Positions 27,643 through 40,450 of a stretch of 64,000 nt of DNA are shown here, piece after piece; positions within the stretch are counted from its first letter, which is position 1; each line of letters opens with the position of its first letter. Source of the stretch: Ramazzottius varieornatus (Eukaryota; Animalia; Tardigrada); NCBI GenBank assembly GCA_001949185.1, contig BDGG01000001.1:4081624-4145623 (forward strand), in the 5' to 3' direction. A model generated the notes under the pieces. The model was not told where the DNA came from. It did not search any database and worked only from the letters and a program-made list of their open reading frames with translations. The position numbers and the translations under genes were made by a program.

Positions 27643-29688
27643 TTAGTGGCTCTTTGGGTAGTTGGCAGGACGAGAGCGGTGGTTATTGTAGGGTGCGACG
27701 CCATATGCATAGTCACGAGCCGGACCATATCGGCTGACGTACTCGTTGTAGTTCTTGATGGCCGAAGCATACGACGAGACACTAGTCGGGTAGGCATTCT
27801 CGTATTTCTTCTCATAGGCCGGCTTGTAAGTGGTGTAGGTCTTGTCGACGACGACTGGAGTGTAGGGTTTGTCGGCATAGGCCTCGTTCTTGGGGTAATC
27901 AGGTCCTTGAACGTACTCGTACTTGTCGACCGGGTACTCTTGGTACAATGGCTTCTCGGCCGGGTACGACGGTGCAGCGTACGTAGGGTATTTTTCCGCT
28001 ACGTACTGGGGCTTTTCCACTGGGTACGTTGGGTACTTCTCGGCTACGTACTCACGCTTCTCTTGAGGATAAGCTGGAGCTGGCTTCTCGTAGACTGGCT
28101 TGTCTTCGGGATAGGCTGGCGTTTGATAGGTTGGATACTTTTCCTCGTAGATGGGCTTGTCGTACGCGGGCTTGTCGTAGGCAGGCTTCTCGACCGGGTA
28201 CACTGGCTTCTCGGCATTGTAAACTGGAACATAGGCTGCTTTGATTTCTTGGTAGACTGGAGCTTCCGCCTTGTAGGTAGGATAGGCGGGCTTCTCTTCC
28301 TGGTAGGTCTTCTCAGTTGGGTAGACTGGTTTCTCGACTGAATACGTCGGCTTTTGCGGGTACACGGGCTTCGCCTGAAAGAACCCAAAACATCTTGCAA
28401 CCGAACAAATAAATAAATGACAATGCGCAATTTTTAGGACCGTACCTCGACCGGATAGGGTTTCTCCTCGACGTAGTCACCATACACGGGCTTCTGAACT
28501 GGCTTTTCAGCGTGGTAGACTGGCTTGTACTCGTAAATAGCAGGAATTGGCTTTTCGGAGTACGACTTGTAGGAAACTTTCTCGTACACGGGCTTGTCAT
28601 ATTTCTCGTGGACGGGTCCGTAGACCGGCTTCTCGTATGCCGGCTTTTCGTATGCTGGTTTTTCATATGCTGGTTTCTCATAAGCTGGCTTCTCGTAAGC
28701 GTACTTCTCGACCTTCTCGTAGACGGGAGTCTTGTAGGACAGCTTCTCGTACATGGGCTGGTAGGAAGACTTCTCGTACGAGTTATGGTAAGCTGGGTAT
28801 GATGGCTTGTCGTAGGCGTCGTAAGCAGGAACGTATGGCCTGGCGCTGTATCCGACAGGGTACTGCTTGTGTTCCGGCAGAATGGGATACACTGGTCGCT
28901 CGTAGGACTTCTCATAGACGTAGACCGGGGTCACTGGCTTAGCTACTGGATACAACTGGTAGAAGTTTGGTGCGTAGCTTCGGTCAGCGGGGTACTCCTT
29001 GCTGTAGGTCTTGGCAGGATACTCGTTGCTGTAAGTCTTGGCTGGGTACTCTTCATCCTTGTAGACTGGATCACAGTTGTAGTCCACCTGGAAGGAAGAC
29101 CATTTGAGTAATCAAGAGGCTTGAACTACGTTTCTAGCTGGGTTCAGATATATTACCTTGTGTGGCCAGTCGCAGATCGAAAGGTAGTTGTTGAAGCGAG
29201 TGTATGGAGGACATTCAAAGGACGAAAGACGGCCATCTTCGGCGCAGAAGTGGAATGTCTTGCATTCGTACTCGGGATTACCGTAATATCCGTATGGGTG
29301 ACCGTAGCAGGAGGCGGGATAGGCGTTCGGGTACTCGCGATCGTATGACGGTACAGCAACCCTACAGCAGGAAGCGTTTCCATTAGTTCAGAGTACCATT
29401 TGAAAATAATCTGAGTATTTCGCAGAAGGAGATATCCGTACTTTCCGTAACTCAGACTGGCCGAAGCTACTCCAGAACTGGCAACCCTGAAAATAATTCT
29501 GCTTATCGCTTTCTGGCTTCCTGAAATGGAATTTCATGTACTTACTTGCTGGCTCTAAGATCACTAGGGGATCCCACTGGAGCTGCTGATCCATCAATAG
29601 CAGTACCATTTTTGGTGGTCACAGGGACTGGCTGGGCAAATGTTCCAGAAATTCCAACGAGCAAAAGGCAGATTACCGTGGTTTTCAT
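27643..29688 (-). CDS. Secreted CBM14 (peritrophin-A) chitin-binding protein with a long Tyr/Glu/Lys/Pro (YEKP) repeat tail; paralog 1
   Basis: Signal MKTTVICLLLVGISGTFA. Domain CYGHPYGYYGNPEYECKTFHFCAEDGRLSSFECPPYTRFNNYLSICDWPHK|VDYNCDP. About 450 aa of YEKPA/YEKPV/EKYPTY repeats. Confidence 0.9.
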
Positions 29689-30763
29689 GTTGAATAGTAA
29701 ACTGGACAACCAAGTGAGAAAGAAGAAAAGATAGACTAGATAGCGGTGGAGAAACCGTAGTCGAGTTCGGGGACCCGGAAGAGACCAAGTTAGTAAAAGG
29801 AGAAGAGAAGATATGATATTGGTCGGTCATTCTTGGCGGATTATATACCCGACAGCGAAATGACTCGATATGAGCCTGTACGTTCGACGGTATCATCTTT
29901 TCCAGTCTCAACAATTTTTAAAATACACCGGTACTTGTTTGACACTTGAACGTCGCTTACGTCGCGTTGTAGACATTCGTCAAACGACGGTCTCATCAAG
30001 CTTGATTTCTTCTAATTAAATTAAGCATGCTGTCCCACACGTGCGGCAACAAACTCAAGCACGTCTACCTATACCGTAACTCCACCTGTCAGAATTTACA
30101 GCAAATGCTGACAGGCACTGCGGTAACTTTCGTTTCCGCAGGGTTTCTCATTTTTTCTTCCAACCGAAAGTAACTATATCTGTAAGTGTTGTAATTGGGG
30201 AAACTAGAACTCGCGTCTCATTCACGTATGAATACCCATGGCGGAAAACCGAAGCTTCTTCAACAGTTTTGACAGGTGTCAGGAGTTGAAGAGCTTTTCA
30301 GGTGGTGTTCCGACACCGGTCACGTCGAGCGCTTTGTACATGTGGTCCGGACCGCTCTTTAACCTCATCACCGTCCTCACTGTCTGCTCGTCAGTAATTA
30401 GACGGCGAGCTTTGATTGAGATGATCTAACTACCGGGTCGGTAGCTTTGGCTACGGTCATTAGAAATCAGATGCGACAAAGTGCCATGTCCTACCGTTAA
30501 TTTTTGATTAAGTCTCTTCGGGCTAACGAACTATCATCTGGTGCAGAGAAGCACTTGGAGCTGTTTTGAAGTGCAGTCAGTCTATATAAGCCCGAGATCG
30601 AACTTCTAGCAATTTCACTTCCGGCGGACGTTCCCGTAGTTTTTAAATAGCTAATTTTGCCTGAAAATTCTACTGTCATTAGAAGCGACCAGTGTCGAAG
30701 GGAGAACTACAGTCAATTTTTCCGACGGGCGAGGACCCGTTCGAATCAAGCAAATCATGCAAA

Positions 30764-31777
30764 TCAGTATTTCTTGGCATAGCTGTTACCGTATGATGGA
30801 TAGCTGCTCTTGTAGCCGTAGCTGGCCATGGGGTACTCATAGCCGTAGCTCTTTGGCTTCTCGTATGCTGGTTTTTCGTAGTACTTGGGCTTTTCATAGT
30901 AGGCTGGCTTCTCGTAGTAAGCAGGTTTCTCGTATGGCTTCTCGTACTCGTAAGGCTTCTCATACTCATAAGCCTTCTCGTATGGCTTCTCGTACGGCTT
31001 CTCGTACTTTTCCGGGTAGTAGCTCTTTGGACTGTAGTATTCTTCTTTGTAGTATGGGTTGCACTTCTCATCCGTCTGGAAAAGAAAGCCATAAAGCTCA
31101 CTCTTACAGGAAACCCATCGATATCACTACCATAGACTCACTTTTTCGGGCCAGTCGCATATTTCGAGGTAGTTGTTGAACCTCATGTAGGCCGGACAGT
31201 CTTGAACATCGCCAGTCGTACAAATTCTGCAAATGAATCACAAAACTTACTACTTCAGCAAAGATGGTTCTTGAGAATCTGGGAAAGCTTCCCACTGTAC
31301 TTACGTGAAAGACTTGCAATCGTAATACACGTTTCCCACCCGTTTGTCCGGGTATCCCGCGCATATGTTGCCATAATCATACTTCGGCCTGGAAGTAACA
31401 AAATCAGGGAACTGTAAAGGCTGATTGTTCGACCACATGCAGCATCAACTTACGTGTAACCATAACTGGATCTGTATTTCGACCTGCGATATACAAACAA
31501 CAACGCATTTGACTTCCAGGTAGATGGAGATTACAGCTAGAAAGAATTTCTTTGGTTATATTGAATAAGCTAAGAGATGAACTCACTTGTCGTAGTAGTA
31601 TCCTCCTGAGCTGGCAGCGCCATCCAGACCGCCAATGCTGACACTGTCGTTCCGAAGTGTCGAACCAGAACCGTCCGCAGGTGCTTCCGGCTCCATGACT
31701 GGGTTACCTTCTATCGAAGACAACAACAAGGATACGATCACAGGACTCAGGAAACTCATTGAACCTAGACTAGCCAT
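30764..31777 (-). CDS. Secreted CBM14 protein with a short YEKP repeat tail; paralog 2
   Basis: Signal MASLGSMSFLSPVIVSLLLSSIEG. Domain CAGYPDKRVGNVYYDCKSFT|ICTTGDVQDCPAYMRFNNYLEICDWPEK|TDEKCNP. Tail YEKPYEKPYEK... Confidence 0.88.
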
Positions 31778-32573
31778 CGTGGAGGAACTCAACTCCACTT
31801 GCTGCTTCTTTGAAAGATGCTGACGAGGCACCGAAACTGAATGAAATGCCCAAGACTTCTGTGTAGATCTGGCTTTTCTAGCTAGAAAGCAGCCGACACT
31901 GCACGTTCACCTGTAGAGTTTCAAATTGAGGATGACTTACAGATGTGCAAGCCGTACTTCGCCGATCGTCCAGTGAAGCACACGTGTATCCGATTTGGTC
32001 GCATGTATGGGAAGCAGGAACCAATTGGTCACTTGAACGTTGTCGTGATCGGGTAAGTCTGTTAATTAGAAGAATTAGTATCACCGTTTGAATGGCATAA
32101 GACTCGGCTGTTGACCAGCACACACTTCGTACCCGATTAACGTTTTGTCGCGAACTGTAATCCTGTTAGTGCCGGAAGTGAGGATCGAGCTCCGTGGTAG
32201 CGATCCGATCATGGCGCGCGTGCATTTCATTCCGTCCTACGAGGCTGTAATGGAAAGATACCGACATCAGTCCACTATGTAGAATAGAGTACAGCAGGGC
32301 TTGGGCAATGAATGTTGAAGTTTTCAACCAAAATGTCTTACAGAGGTTTCTGGTTTGCCGTTCTGGTTCTGATGCTTCTCGATTACGGTTTAGGAATTCA
32401 GGAATTCAACGCGTCTGCTGAAAACAGTACGGTACCCGTCATTGGTAAACCAAGGTAAAACGTTTCCGTAACTGGAAGGGCGTTCCCTGTATATTCACAT
32501 TGAGCATATTTGTAACTGCAGGATCGAATCATTTGGACAGCAAATCCGGACTGCCTTCAAAGTACTCAACAAC

Positions 32574-32992
32574 ATGCACAATTCAGCTCCTGACAGGAAG
32601 CAGCTCTTCCAAGAACCTCCAGCACTTCCGGTCCCAGAAAAGCCGTTAGTAAACTTGGAACCAGCTATACTAGCTCCCACGGATATGCCAGGAGATATGT
32701 TGACGTTCGCGACGGAAACTGCACTGAAAGCGGCAACGTCCTTTACGGGAGTGGCGGACATGGCCGAGTACCTTCGGATGAAGTTCGAGGCGCGGTTTCC
32801 GTCAACATCGAGCGGCAACTGGCAAGCCAGTGTTGGGACGAGCTTCGCAGCGAGCGTAAGTCTTTCTGACGAACGGCATCAATCTGATCCACCTAAAGTA
32901 ATCAAGTAGCTCTTTAGATACGGAAACGGACGGGAACCGGATTTTATGCCAAGATCAAAAACATCTACTTCTTGCTCTTCGCTAGTCCATAA
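32574..32992 (+). CDS. Divergent dynein light chain type 1 (LC8-like), 2 exons
   Basis: DMPGDMLTFA...DMAEYLRMKFEARF...WQASVGTSFAAS|...FYAKIKNIYFLLF follows the LC8 pattern DM..EM...DIA..IK.EFD..Y...WHCIVG..FGS...ILLF. Confidence 0.72.
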
Positions 32993-34027
32993 TTTCAGTC
33001 AGTCAAAGCCTTCGTTGTTTTAAATCGTTCTCTTGTAGTGGTATCTTTAGTGGCTACGCGTAGTTTCAGCGTCGATCTGTAATGCCAACAAAACATCTGT
33101 AAGTACTATGGAACCAAAAAAGTAATAATCTCTTATCAAAGACCGTTTCGACGCACCCGCAACCTGAAACCTTGCGCGGCGTTAGTCGGACAAAATCCCA
33201 AAGTTTGTGATATTACTCGTGCTACTCTCACTCATCTCTACCTGTCCCTGAAACAGGCCGAACAAGCACATGAGGTTGCGATCGTAACTTCAGGAACCAA
33301 CCCAAATCGATTAAACGGATCCTTCGTACCGCGTGTCCGAATGCCCCAGTGGCAGTCACCCCCATCGACTTCGCGTACTTCCGCCGAAATAGAAGATCCA
33401 GATCCGAATTGTGGACAGAATAGAAGATGTGCAGCTCTCCCCGAAGCTTCCACCAATTCTATCTATCCTCGCTCCTCAGTCCTCACACATCTCCATGTGT
33501 AATCATAACGTCTATGAGTTTGTGTCCAGCTGTAAAATTCCGAAGTTTGGACCTCACGATCGAGATTTAGATGCCCAAAACCAAAACATTGAGCTATTAG
33601 CCAGGGCCACATGGAAAGTGCGCTCCCACTCTCGTGCACCTGCATGCACAGCTTCGCTGTGAGAACAGCTAAGCCAGGTTCGTATTCCATCGCGCAACGC
33701 AACAGTCTCCGCCTCTTTATTTGTGCACTGCCTTGAGGTCTCAACCAGGTTGTGGTTGTATGACCATTTGTACGAAGCGCTATTTTTAGTGCGCGATCTT
33801 GGCAAGCTCTGTTTGTTGCGTTCATCAGAAATCAGTGCATCGGTTTCAAGTTGCTTCAACTTTCTTCTTCTGACAACTTTGTAACTTCAGTATCACAGTT
33901 TATCGTTCAGGTACACATCACAGCTGCAGGAAGGTCGACTGGGACAGCAATCGGATCTCGGGATCGGGCGGGATATGGCGGAAGTAAGTGTCAGATTTTA
34001 TAGTCTTCCATCTTAGGTTTCTCCATC

Positions 34028-36703
34028 ATGAAGACACGCCGCAGTGCACATCCGGCCTTTTTCTCCATGCCTCAAAGCATCTCCTCTGTGTGGTGTCTGG
34101 TAATAAGGGCTTAATCGCGATCGAACATCTGGACAGTCTGGGCTTAGCTAGTGTCTCGCTGTGGGAGTAACGATATAATTTGTGTGTTTTCCCAGGGCAG
34201 CAAGGAGCTGACGAGCAGCGGCACCGACGTCAAGGATCCCATGGCGTTTCCCGACTCCCTGTCCTTCGTCAACCTTCAACAGAACGCTCAGCGAGTGGGC
34301 TTCCTTCTCAAGTACGAGCCTGGGTTCTTTAGAAAGTTGTTGGGGCGTTCGTGGAAGCGGAAGTACTGCATTCTGTCCGGATGTCATTTTTACTTCTTCA
34401 AAAATAAGGTATCGTCACAAAAGTACAACGTCGTTCTTGTCAAGTTTGATCAGCATGCTTGGACGTTCCGCTTGACTACGAAAAGAACAGCGTCGGCAAA
34501 TGCGATAATAATTACACCTTTTTTTATTGAAGATCAAAGTACATCCATTAAAGCGTGTTGATTTTAGCCGAGCGACCGATGTAACAAGTTTGAATTTTTC
34601 TTTGTGTTTTCGCAGAAAGGCACTGGTGGTGAAAAGAGTAATGGGGTCCTCAACCTGCGCTTTTTCGACCGCTGCTGCATTCCCACGGAACACTTCACCA
34701 ATCTACCCAACGCTTTCTCCTTGTCCTGTAGCAGCGATCTCAGTCAGAAGCACGACATAGTTTTTCAGGTTCGTAGTCCGAGCTGTGGAATTGGGAGCTG
34801 AGGGAAGTGGCGCTGGCTTTCTGCGAATAACAACGGGAATGTGCGGCACTTGTGATGGCGATCTGGTTCACTTCAGTTGCCCAGCTCCTGTCAGTTAACT
34901 TTTGCCCTTTTTCCACAAAAGTTAATTGACAGGGCCGTGCAGGGCACCAACCTGTTGGAAGTTTTCGTAGAAAAATGGCTGAACTGGATTACTGTACGTA
35001 AGGAAATTCAGCATTATTTGAGACTTTGACTGCTGTAGAATGTAAACAACTTCCGAGCAAGCTCTTTCGCACGTTGTAGAACATTAACCGTTACTGTGTG
35101 GTGTGTAATTATGACTGTGTGATGTTGATTGTATAGGCGGACACTAGTGAGGAACAACAGCGATGGATGAAAGACATTCAGCTGGTGATATTTCAGTGTC
35201 AAACTCAAGGTCGCAATGATGCTACTGGCACGCGTACAGCTAGTCGTACTGCCACTCCTGTCCTTCACCGATCAACCGAAAATATGCAACGACCAAGAAG
35301 CTCGAGTATTCCGGTAGGTTTCGTGTGTCATAAACGAGAGCGCATTTTACTCTGAAGCTCATTAGATGGTGTGAAATGATACCACGCATTGACTGTCACA
35401 TCAAACCGACCTGTGACCAAAGTCAATTGCTTCTTCCTGAAAACAAGAGCTCAGCATCCTTGCCTGTCGCTCGACGCTCCCCAATCACAACCGACAAAAT
35501 TTCGCCGAAATTTTTCAATAATGAAACTCACGCAAACAAAGTCGGCAAGATCGCTTTTCCAAGTGGCGCATGCTGCTGGCCACTAACACAAAAAATGTGC
35601 GCCACTTGAGAAGACAGTCTTGTATAGTTTGTTTACCGAGCTCCCAAGTATCAACCTAGATACCACATTTTGTTTCAGAAGTCCTCACACGTCGAACATC
35701 CGAGAATCTCTCCGGATGAAGGACTCGTCGAAGACTCTGACGTTCTCGCTGATGGTTCTCAGGTCGCCAGATCGGATTCTCGGGACGCCGCCAAGCCAGA
35801 CCTAATTCCTCGAATGACGTCTTACAATCAGGTTAGTGCGTATAAATTCCACTGAGAAACTGCCGCTTGGTCGCAAGCGTAATTGAAAAATCGGCTTCTC
35901 GAGAGCTCGGAACTAGGTTGACATACAAACTCTCAAATCTAGCAAGTTTACCCGCCCAGATAAAACATCCGGACTTGTTAGTAAATGAGCGCATATTTTT
36001 CAGTAGCTTGTTTGTTGAAACTTTTTTTCCCCGCGTGCTCGTTTGGGCATGCCTCAGTTGCCGCCAGTGTTTTTCCTGCCAGAGCTTGGTGTTGATGGCT
36101 TCGCCCCTGCTGGATGTGAAAGAAAGAAACATGACACAAAATTAATACTTTTTCCATGCTCTAATGGCTCTGTTTACTCCATTGCAGGTTGTTAGCGAGC
36201 TGCAGTCGAAGATGCACACTCGTCCATTGAGCGGCGCAGCTGTTGGTCGTGAAGACTCTGCACCTGTTTCACCGCCGCACCGTCGTCTTGGCTCTGTGAC
36301 TTCAGAAGATCGTTCCGCATCTCAGATGGTCTCTTCATCGTCTCCGGTCTACGAAACGTCCGGTTCGGCCTCCATTAGTTCATACGAGAACACCAGCAGC
36401 GAAGACACGACCATCGTACCGCCGCCGTTCTCCTACATTACGCCCGTAAAGGTTTCCTACGAGTCCCCGAAGGACCTCGACTCTCAGTTGGACAGCGTGT
36501 TGAAGATGATGGAAGACCTTTCGAGCAACGACAGCGGAAGTGATGTCGGACCTAAGAGTGATCGTTCCGAGTATGCGGTTCCTTTCAAGACGGAACATAA
36601 TGGTCCGATGGTCGCACCGAAGCCGAAACGCGAGCTGTACGAAGCCTTGCTTCCTACCCATGGTGCTTACAGAGTTAGCCCCGTTGTTAATGTCTCGGGC
36701 TGA
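34028..36703 (+). CDS. PH-domain protein with a Ser/Pro-rich tail containing YExx/YAVP motifs (adaptor-like); start approximate
   Basis: GFLLKYEPG...SWKRKYCILSGCHFYFFKN, GVLNLR, NAFSL and a terminal helix EKWLNWI; multi-exon. Confidence 0.72.
35530..35641. repeat. Palindromic element family A, PH-gene intron (another degenerate core at ~34804-34853)
   Basis: gcaaacaaagtcggcaagatc...caagtggcgca...tgcgccacttgag...tttgtttaccgagc. Confidence 0.8.
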
Positions 36704-37458
36704 GCTTGAACAGCAGGCGGATCTTGCTAATTTTCGTAGCTATATCCGACATACTCTCATACCGAAGGCACGGAAGTCTCATGTGATTTTACGTCCTAGT
36801 AGCGGCAAAGCGAGTACGAACATTGAGGTTTTACACAGAGGTTTGTTCTGGCTTTTTGAGCGATCATTTGTCAAACGGATATTTTAGATATGTCATATGT
36901 GCACAGACATGTTGTCACAAGATGATTGTTTTTCAGATCATTCTATGGTTTGCAGTTTTCCCGTTCGATAATCTGGGACTTTGTCTCTCGAAATCCATGA
37001 ATTTTGTCTGATGTTATCCACTTCCGGGTCGCTCATGCGGCTATGACATGTTCACGCTGTAATGTCACACCTCTTATATACTAAGCTAGTATGACAAACT
37101 GGGTGTGGTCAGGATCGTGGTTGGTGGACGCGCCCTCCTTCGCCTTACATACTGACGGTTTGACCGTCTTTGTTTGGGTAATCTCTGCCAAGGCAATTTC
37201 TCAGTCTCCCACTCTCCAGCTGTTTCAGTTCCATCACATTGTTAATGCCTAAAAGCAGGCAGGTGGATCCGCGCTCCCATTCTTCTCACCATCTTGTGAG
37301 AGAAGAGGCATTCCGTCTGACTGCTCATTCGACCCTCACTCTGCCGCATGCGTAAAAATTGAGCATTCTACGCTGCAGTTTGTTTCTTCTTGCAGGAATA
37401 AGCCGGAAGTCCAACCTGAAGCGATCGCTAGCCACCACGCCGGAAGCGAACTACTGCA

Positions 37459-39547
37459 ATGGTGGATTTCCTCGCGTGTCCAGAATCCGCTAGTCCCGTT
37501 CTCAATGAGGGCCACAAGTCGGACGCTGCCGTTCCTGTACAACAGGTCAATGTCTGTCGATCACCACTGGTTGATAAAGGAGCATTAACCTACTTCTCCA
37601 ACTTCCGTCGTCGTGAAGTTCGATATAACTCCGTAAGTGGGCTCATCATCGGCCTTGCTATCTGTTGTTTAATCTTCGTTACGATGTTGTGGATTCCTGT
37701 GCATATTTGTGAACTCGGTTTTGCGGAAAAGTGATGCATAGACTCTGGGTGACTGCATTGAAACTTTAATATATGTGAATATAAGTTTCCTAGTCAAATT
37801 CTGAATATTTCTTTGGACTTTTTCTCAGTGTAAGGAACTGGGATCTGGAGCTTTCGGGACCGTCTACAAATGCAGAGAGATTGACGATGAAGCCGCGGAA
37901 ACAGTAGCCATCAAGTACATTCGCATTACGGACGCGGTGGACGGGATTCCGCAATGGGCACTACGGGAGATCGCTTTGCTTCGACGCTGCTCTTCGCGCC
38001 ATCCAAACATTGTCAGGTACCTTACCCTTTACGTAAAGTTCTGCATGATCTAGGCGCGGCTCGTGGGAGACAACAACAGATTATACCGCCGAATGGCGGT
38101 CTAAATGTTTTGTTAAAGCGGCGGGCTTAGAGGGAGATATGAGTGGCGCCAAGTGTCATTCGGTGAACTCTATGCTCTTATCGTGATTACTAATAACGCG
38201 TGCTATCATCAAAATCGAGGGTCTGTGGACCCTTTGGTATTCCTTTGTTTGCAGAATGAAACCGCTTATAGGCTTATCAATGTCAACAATTTTTTCCTGC
38301 GGTTTGTCGGATGAATGTTTAACTGGACCATGGTAGCTATAAATAACCATAACACTGATTGCCCATACCTCTTTGTAGTCTGGTGGACATGTACTGCAGA
38401 CATGTGGATCGCCGGTGCGATATTCACTTGGTTCTCGAGTATTGCGACATGGACCTGAAGGAGTACATACGTTCGGTGTCCCGCAATAACGGTGTACCTG
38501 GCTTGCCTCCTGGTCAAATTAAGGTATGGACCGGAAGTGCAAATGACACCCTCATTAGCATGATCTGAATGTCTTGTTTTGTTTTGTAGGAAGTTTTGTA
38601 TCAGATGCTTCGTGGTCTGGACTTTCTGCATATTCTGGCGGTGGCACACAGAGATATCAAGCCCCAGAACGTCCTCGTGAAGAATGGTATTGTTAAGATA
38701 GCGGACTTCGGACTGGGTAAAATCATGTTTGAGAAGGCTGCCGTGTCTCTCGAAGTAAGGCTCAAGCGCTGAATAAATAGCGAGCTCTGAGATCCTCGTT
38801 GTGCTTTTCGTTATCTTGAAGAGCTCGAATACAATGCACTGATCATCTTTCTTGTTTCATCCTGCAGGTAGTAACGTTGCACTATAGGCCGCCGGAAGTG
38901 CTGCTGAATGTGAACTACTCACTCGCTGTAGACATCTGGAGTATCGGCTGCATCTTCGGAGAACTATGCGATAATCGAGTGATGCTCGGTGGATCGTGCG
39001 AGATGGAGCAACTCAAAACTATATTCAGGTGACTTTCGAATTTCCCAAGGTCGACATCTGACAGCTGAGACAAACACTTCACTTCGAATCGAATTTCGAC
39101 ATGAGCTAGAAATTCATATTGTCAATTGGCCCTACTAAAACTGAAAGCTTTTGTAGATTCCTTGGACTACCTCAGGAAAGCGACTGGCCCGGAAGTTGTG
39201 CGGTAACAAGGGACTTCTTTCGAGCTTTGGACGACTGCTCAAGAGGGTTTCTGGAACGGTATCAAAAGCACATTGGAGACAGAGGACTCGATCTACTAAA
39301 GGTAAGCCTTCTCGGTCACTCAAACATGTCAGCTGACAGTAACCTAACTTAGGCATTCTATGGTCTCGGATTCCAGCGGATGCTAAGGTTTAACCCCGGA
39401 CACCGGGTGACCAGCTACGACGCCTTGAAGCACAACTACTTCGAAGGACACATCAGCCCAGTGCCCTACGACACGGAACCTACTGTCAAGACCGAGAAGG
39501 TTGTGGCGCTTCTATCTCATGAAATGAATAACATCAAGACGCAGTGA
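37459..39547 (+). CDS. Cyclin-dependent kinase, divergent CDK4/6-like
   Basis: [81 protein letters not shown] and [10 protein letters not shown]. Confidence 0.88.
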
Positions 39548-40051
39548 CTCGTCCGAGGTGACTAGAGACTACCTAGCTGCAAATTTTCTCGGATGCCTGC
39601 TCTCCGATCTCACAAAAGACTCTCACCATTGCTCAGCTATGTTCCATCTTTTTCCCCAAAACCCGCAGCATAACCAGCTCTATCTTTGCTTCTATCAAAG
39701 TAAACTTTCTCCTTTCGGTCCTGAAAGTTGTCTCATTTGAGTCGTTTCTACCATATACTACTGTATTTGCTGTTTATTGTATTGTAATGAAGTTATTAGT
39801 TTTCCGCATGTTGGGTACGAGTATATGCGTTGTCTGGTCCGTAAATTTAAATTTCAAGTTCAGTTTTCAGTTCCTGAACAAGTGACTACCAGAGAATTTT
39901 ATTCTCCCAGAAAATAATAGCCCACGATCGCTCAAACACGTCAAATCGACAGGTAAATGTACATCAAAAGAAACCCACAATGTTAAAAGCACCATCAGTT
40001 CAGGACCGAAAGTATCTTATCATCATAAATTTTTGTTAACCTTCAACCGAC

Positions 40052-40450
40052 TTAATGATGTCCATGTCCGTGTCCATGTCCATCGACTGGCGCATCAGGA
40101 TCGTGCCAATGGTAGAAATCGGGATTTATTTTCGTAACGTAGTACTTCTGAGCCAAATAGAGCAGTCCACCGATGATGAGGCCAGGGATGAAGCCACGGC
40201 CGTAGGTATTCCTGAATCTGCCCCATGGAGTCAAGAAACGTGGATGGTATCTCCAAACTTCATTTCTGCAACGGTACAACGCCATTTAGCTGTAGCAAGC
40301 AAGCCTCTGTCAAAGAGGGATGGCCTACCTTAACCATGGATCCTTTAGTCCATGCGCCGCGAGACGCTCCTGAACCCTCACCAGCTCCGGTATGCGTTCC
40401 CATCTGTAGATTTTATAGCTGGGAATCTTTGGTAAGTGGCTTCCGCCCAT
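40052..40450 (-). CDS. NDUFB3: NADH:ubiquinone oxidoreductase subunit B3 (B12), 2 coding exons
   Basis: MGGSHLPKIPSYKIYRWERIPELVRVQERLAAHGLKDPWLR|NEVWRY, followed by one TM segment and a His-rich end. Confidence 0.93.

Noticed and set aside
27646-28942. Long antisense and alternate-frame ORFs over the YEKP gene
   Set aside because: They are a by-product of repetitive, biased codons. The same applies at 30679-31179 and 52980-53592.
33238-33456. ORF ending ATSCACSAC, suggestive of a cystine-knot hormone
   Set aside because: No signal peptide, upstream cysteines or supporting splice sites were found.
40052-40090. GHGHGHGHH tail as a novel metal-binding module
   Set aside because: His-rich termini are normal for NDUFB3.
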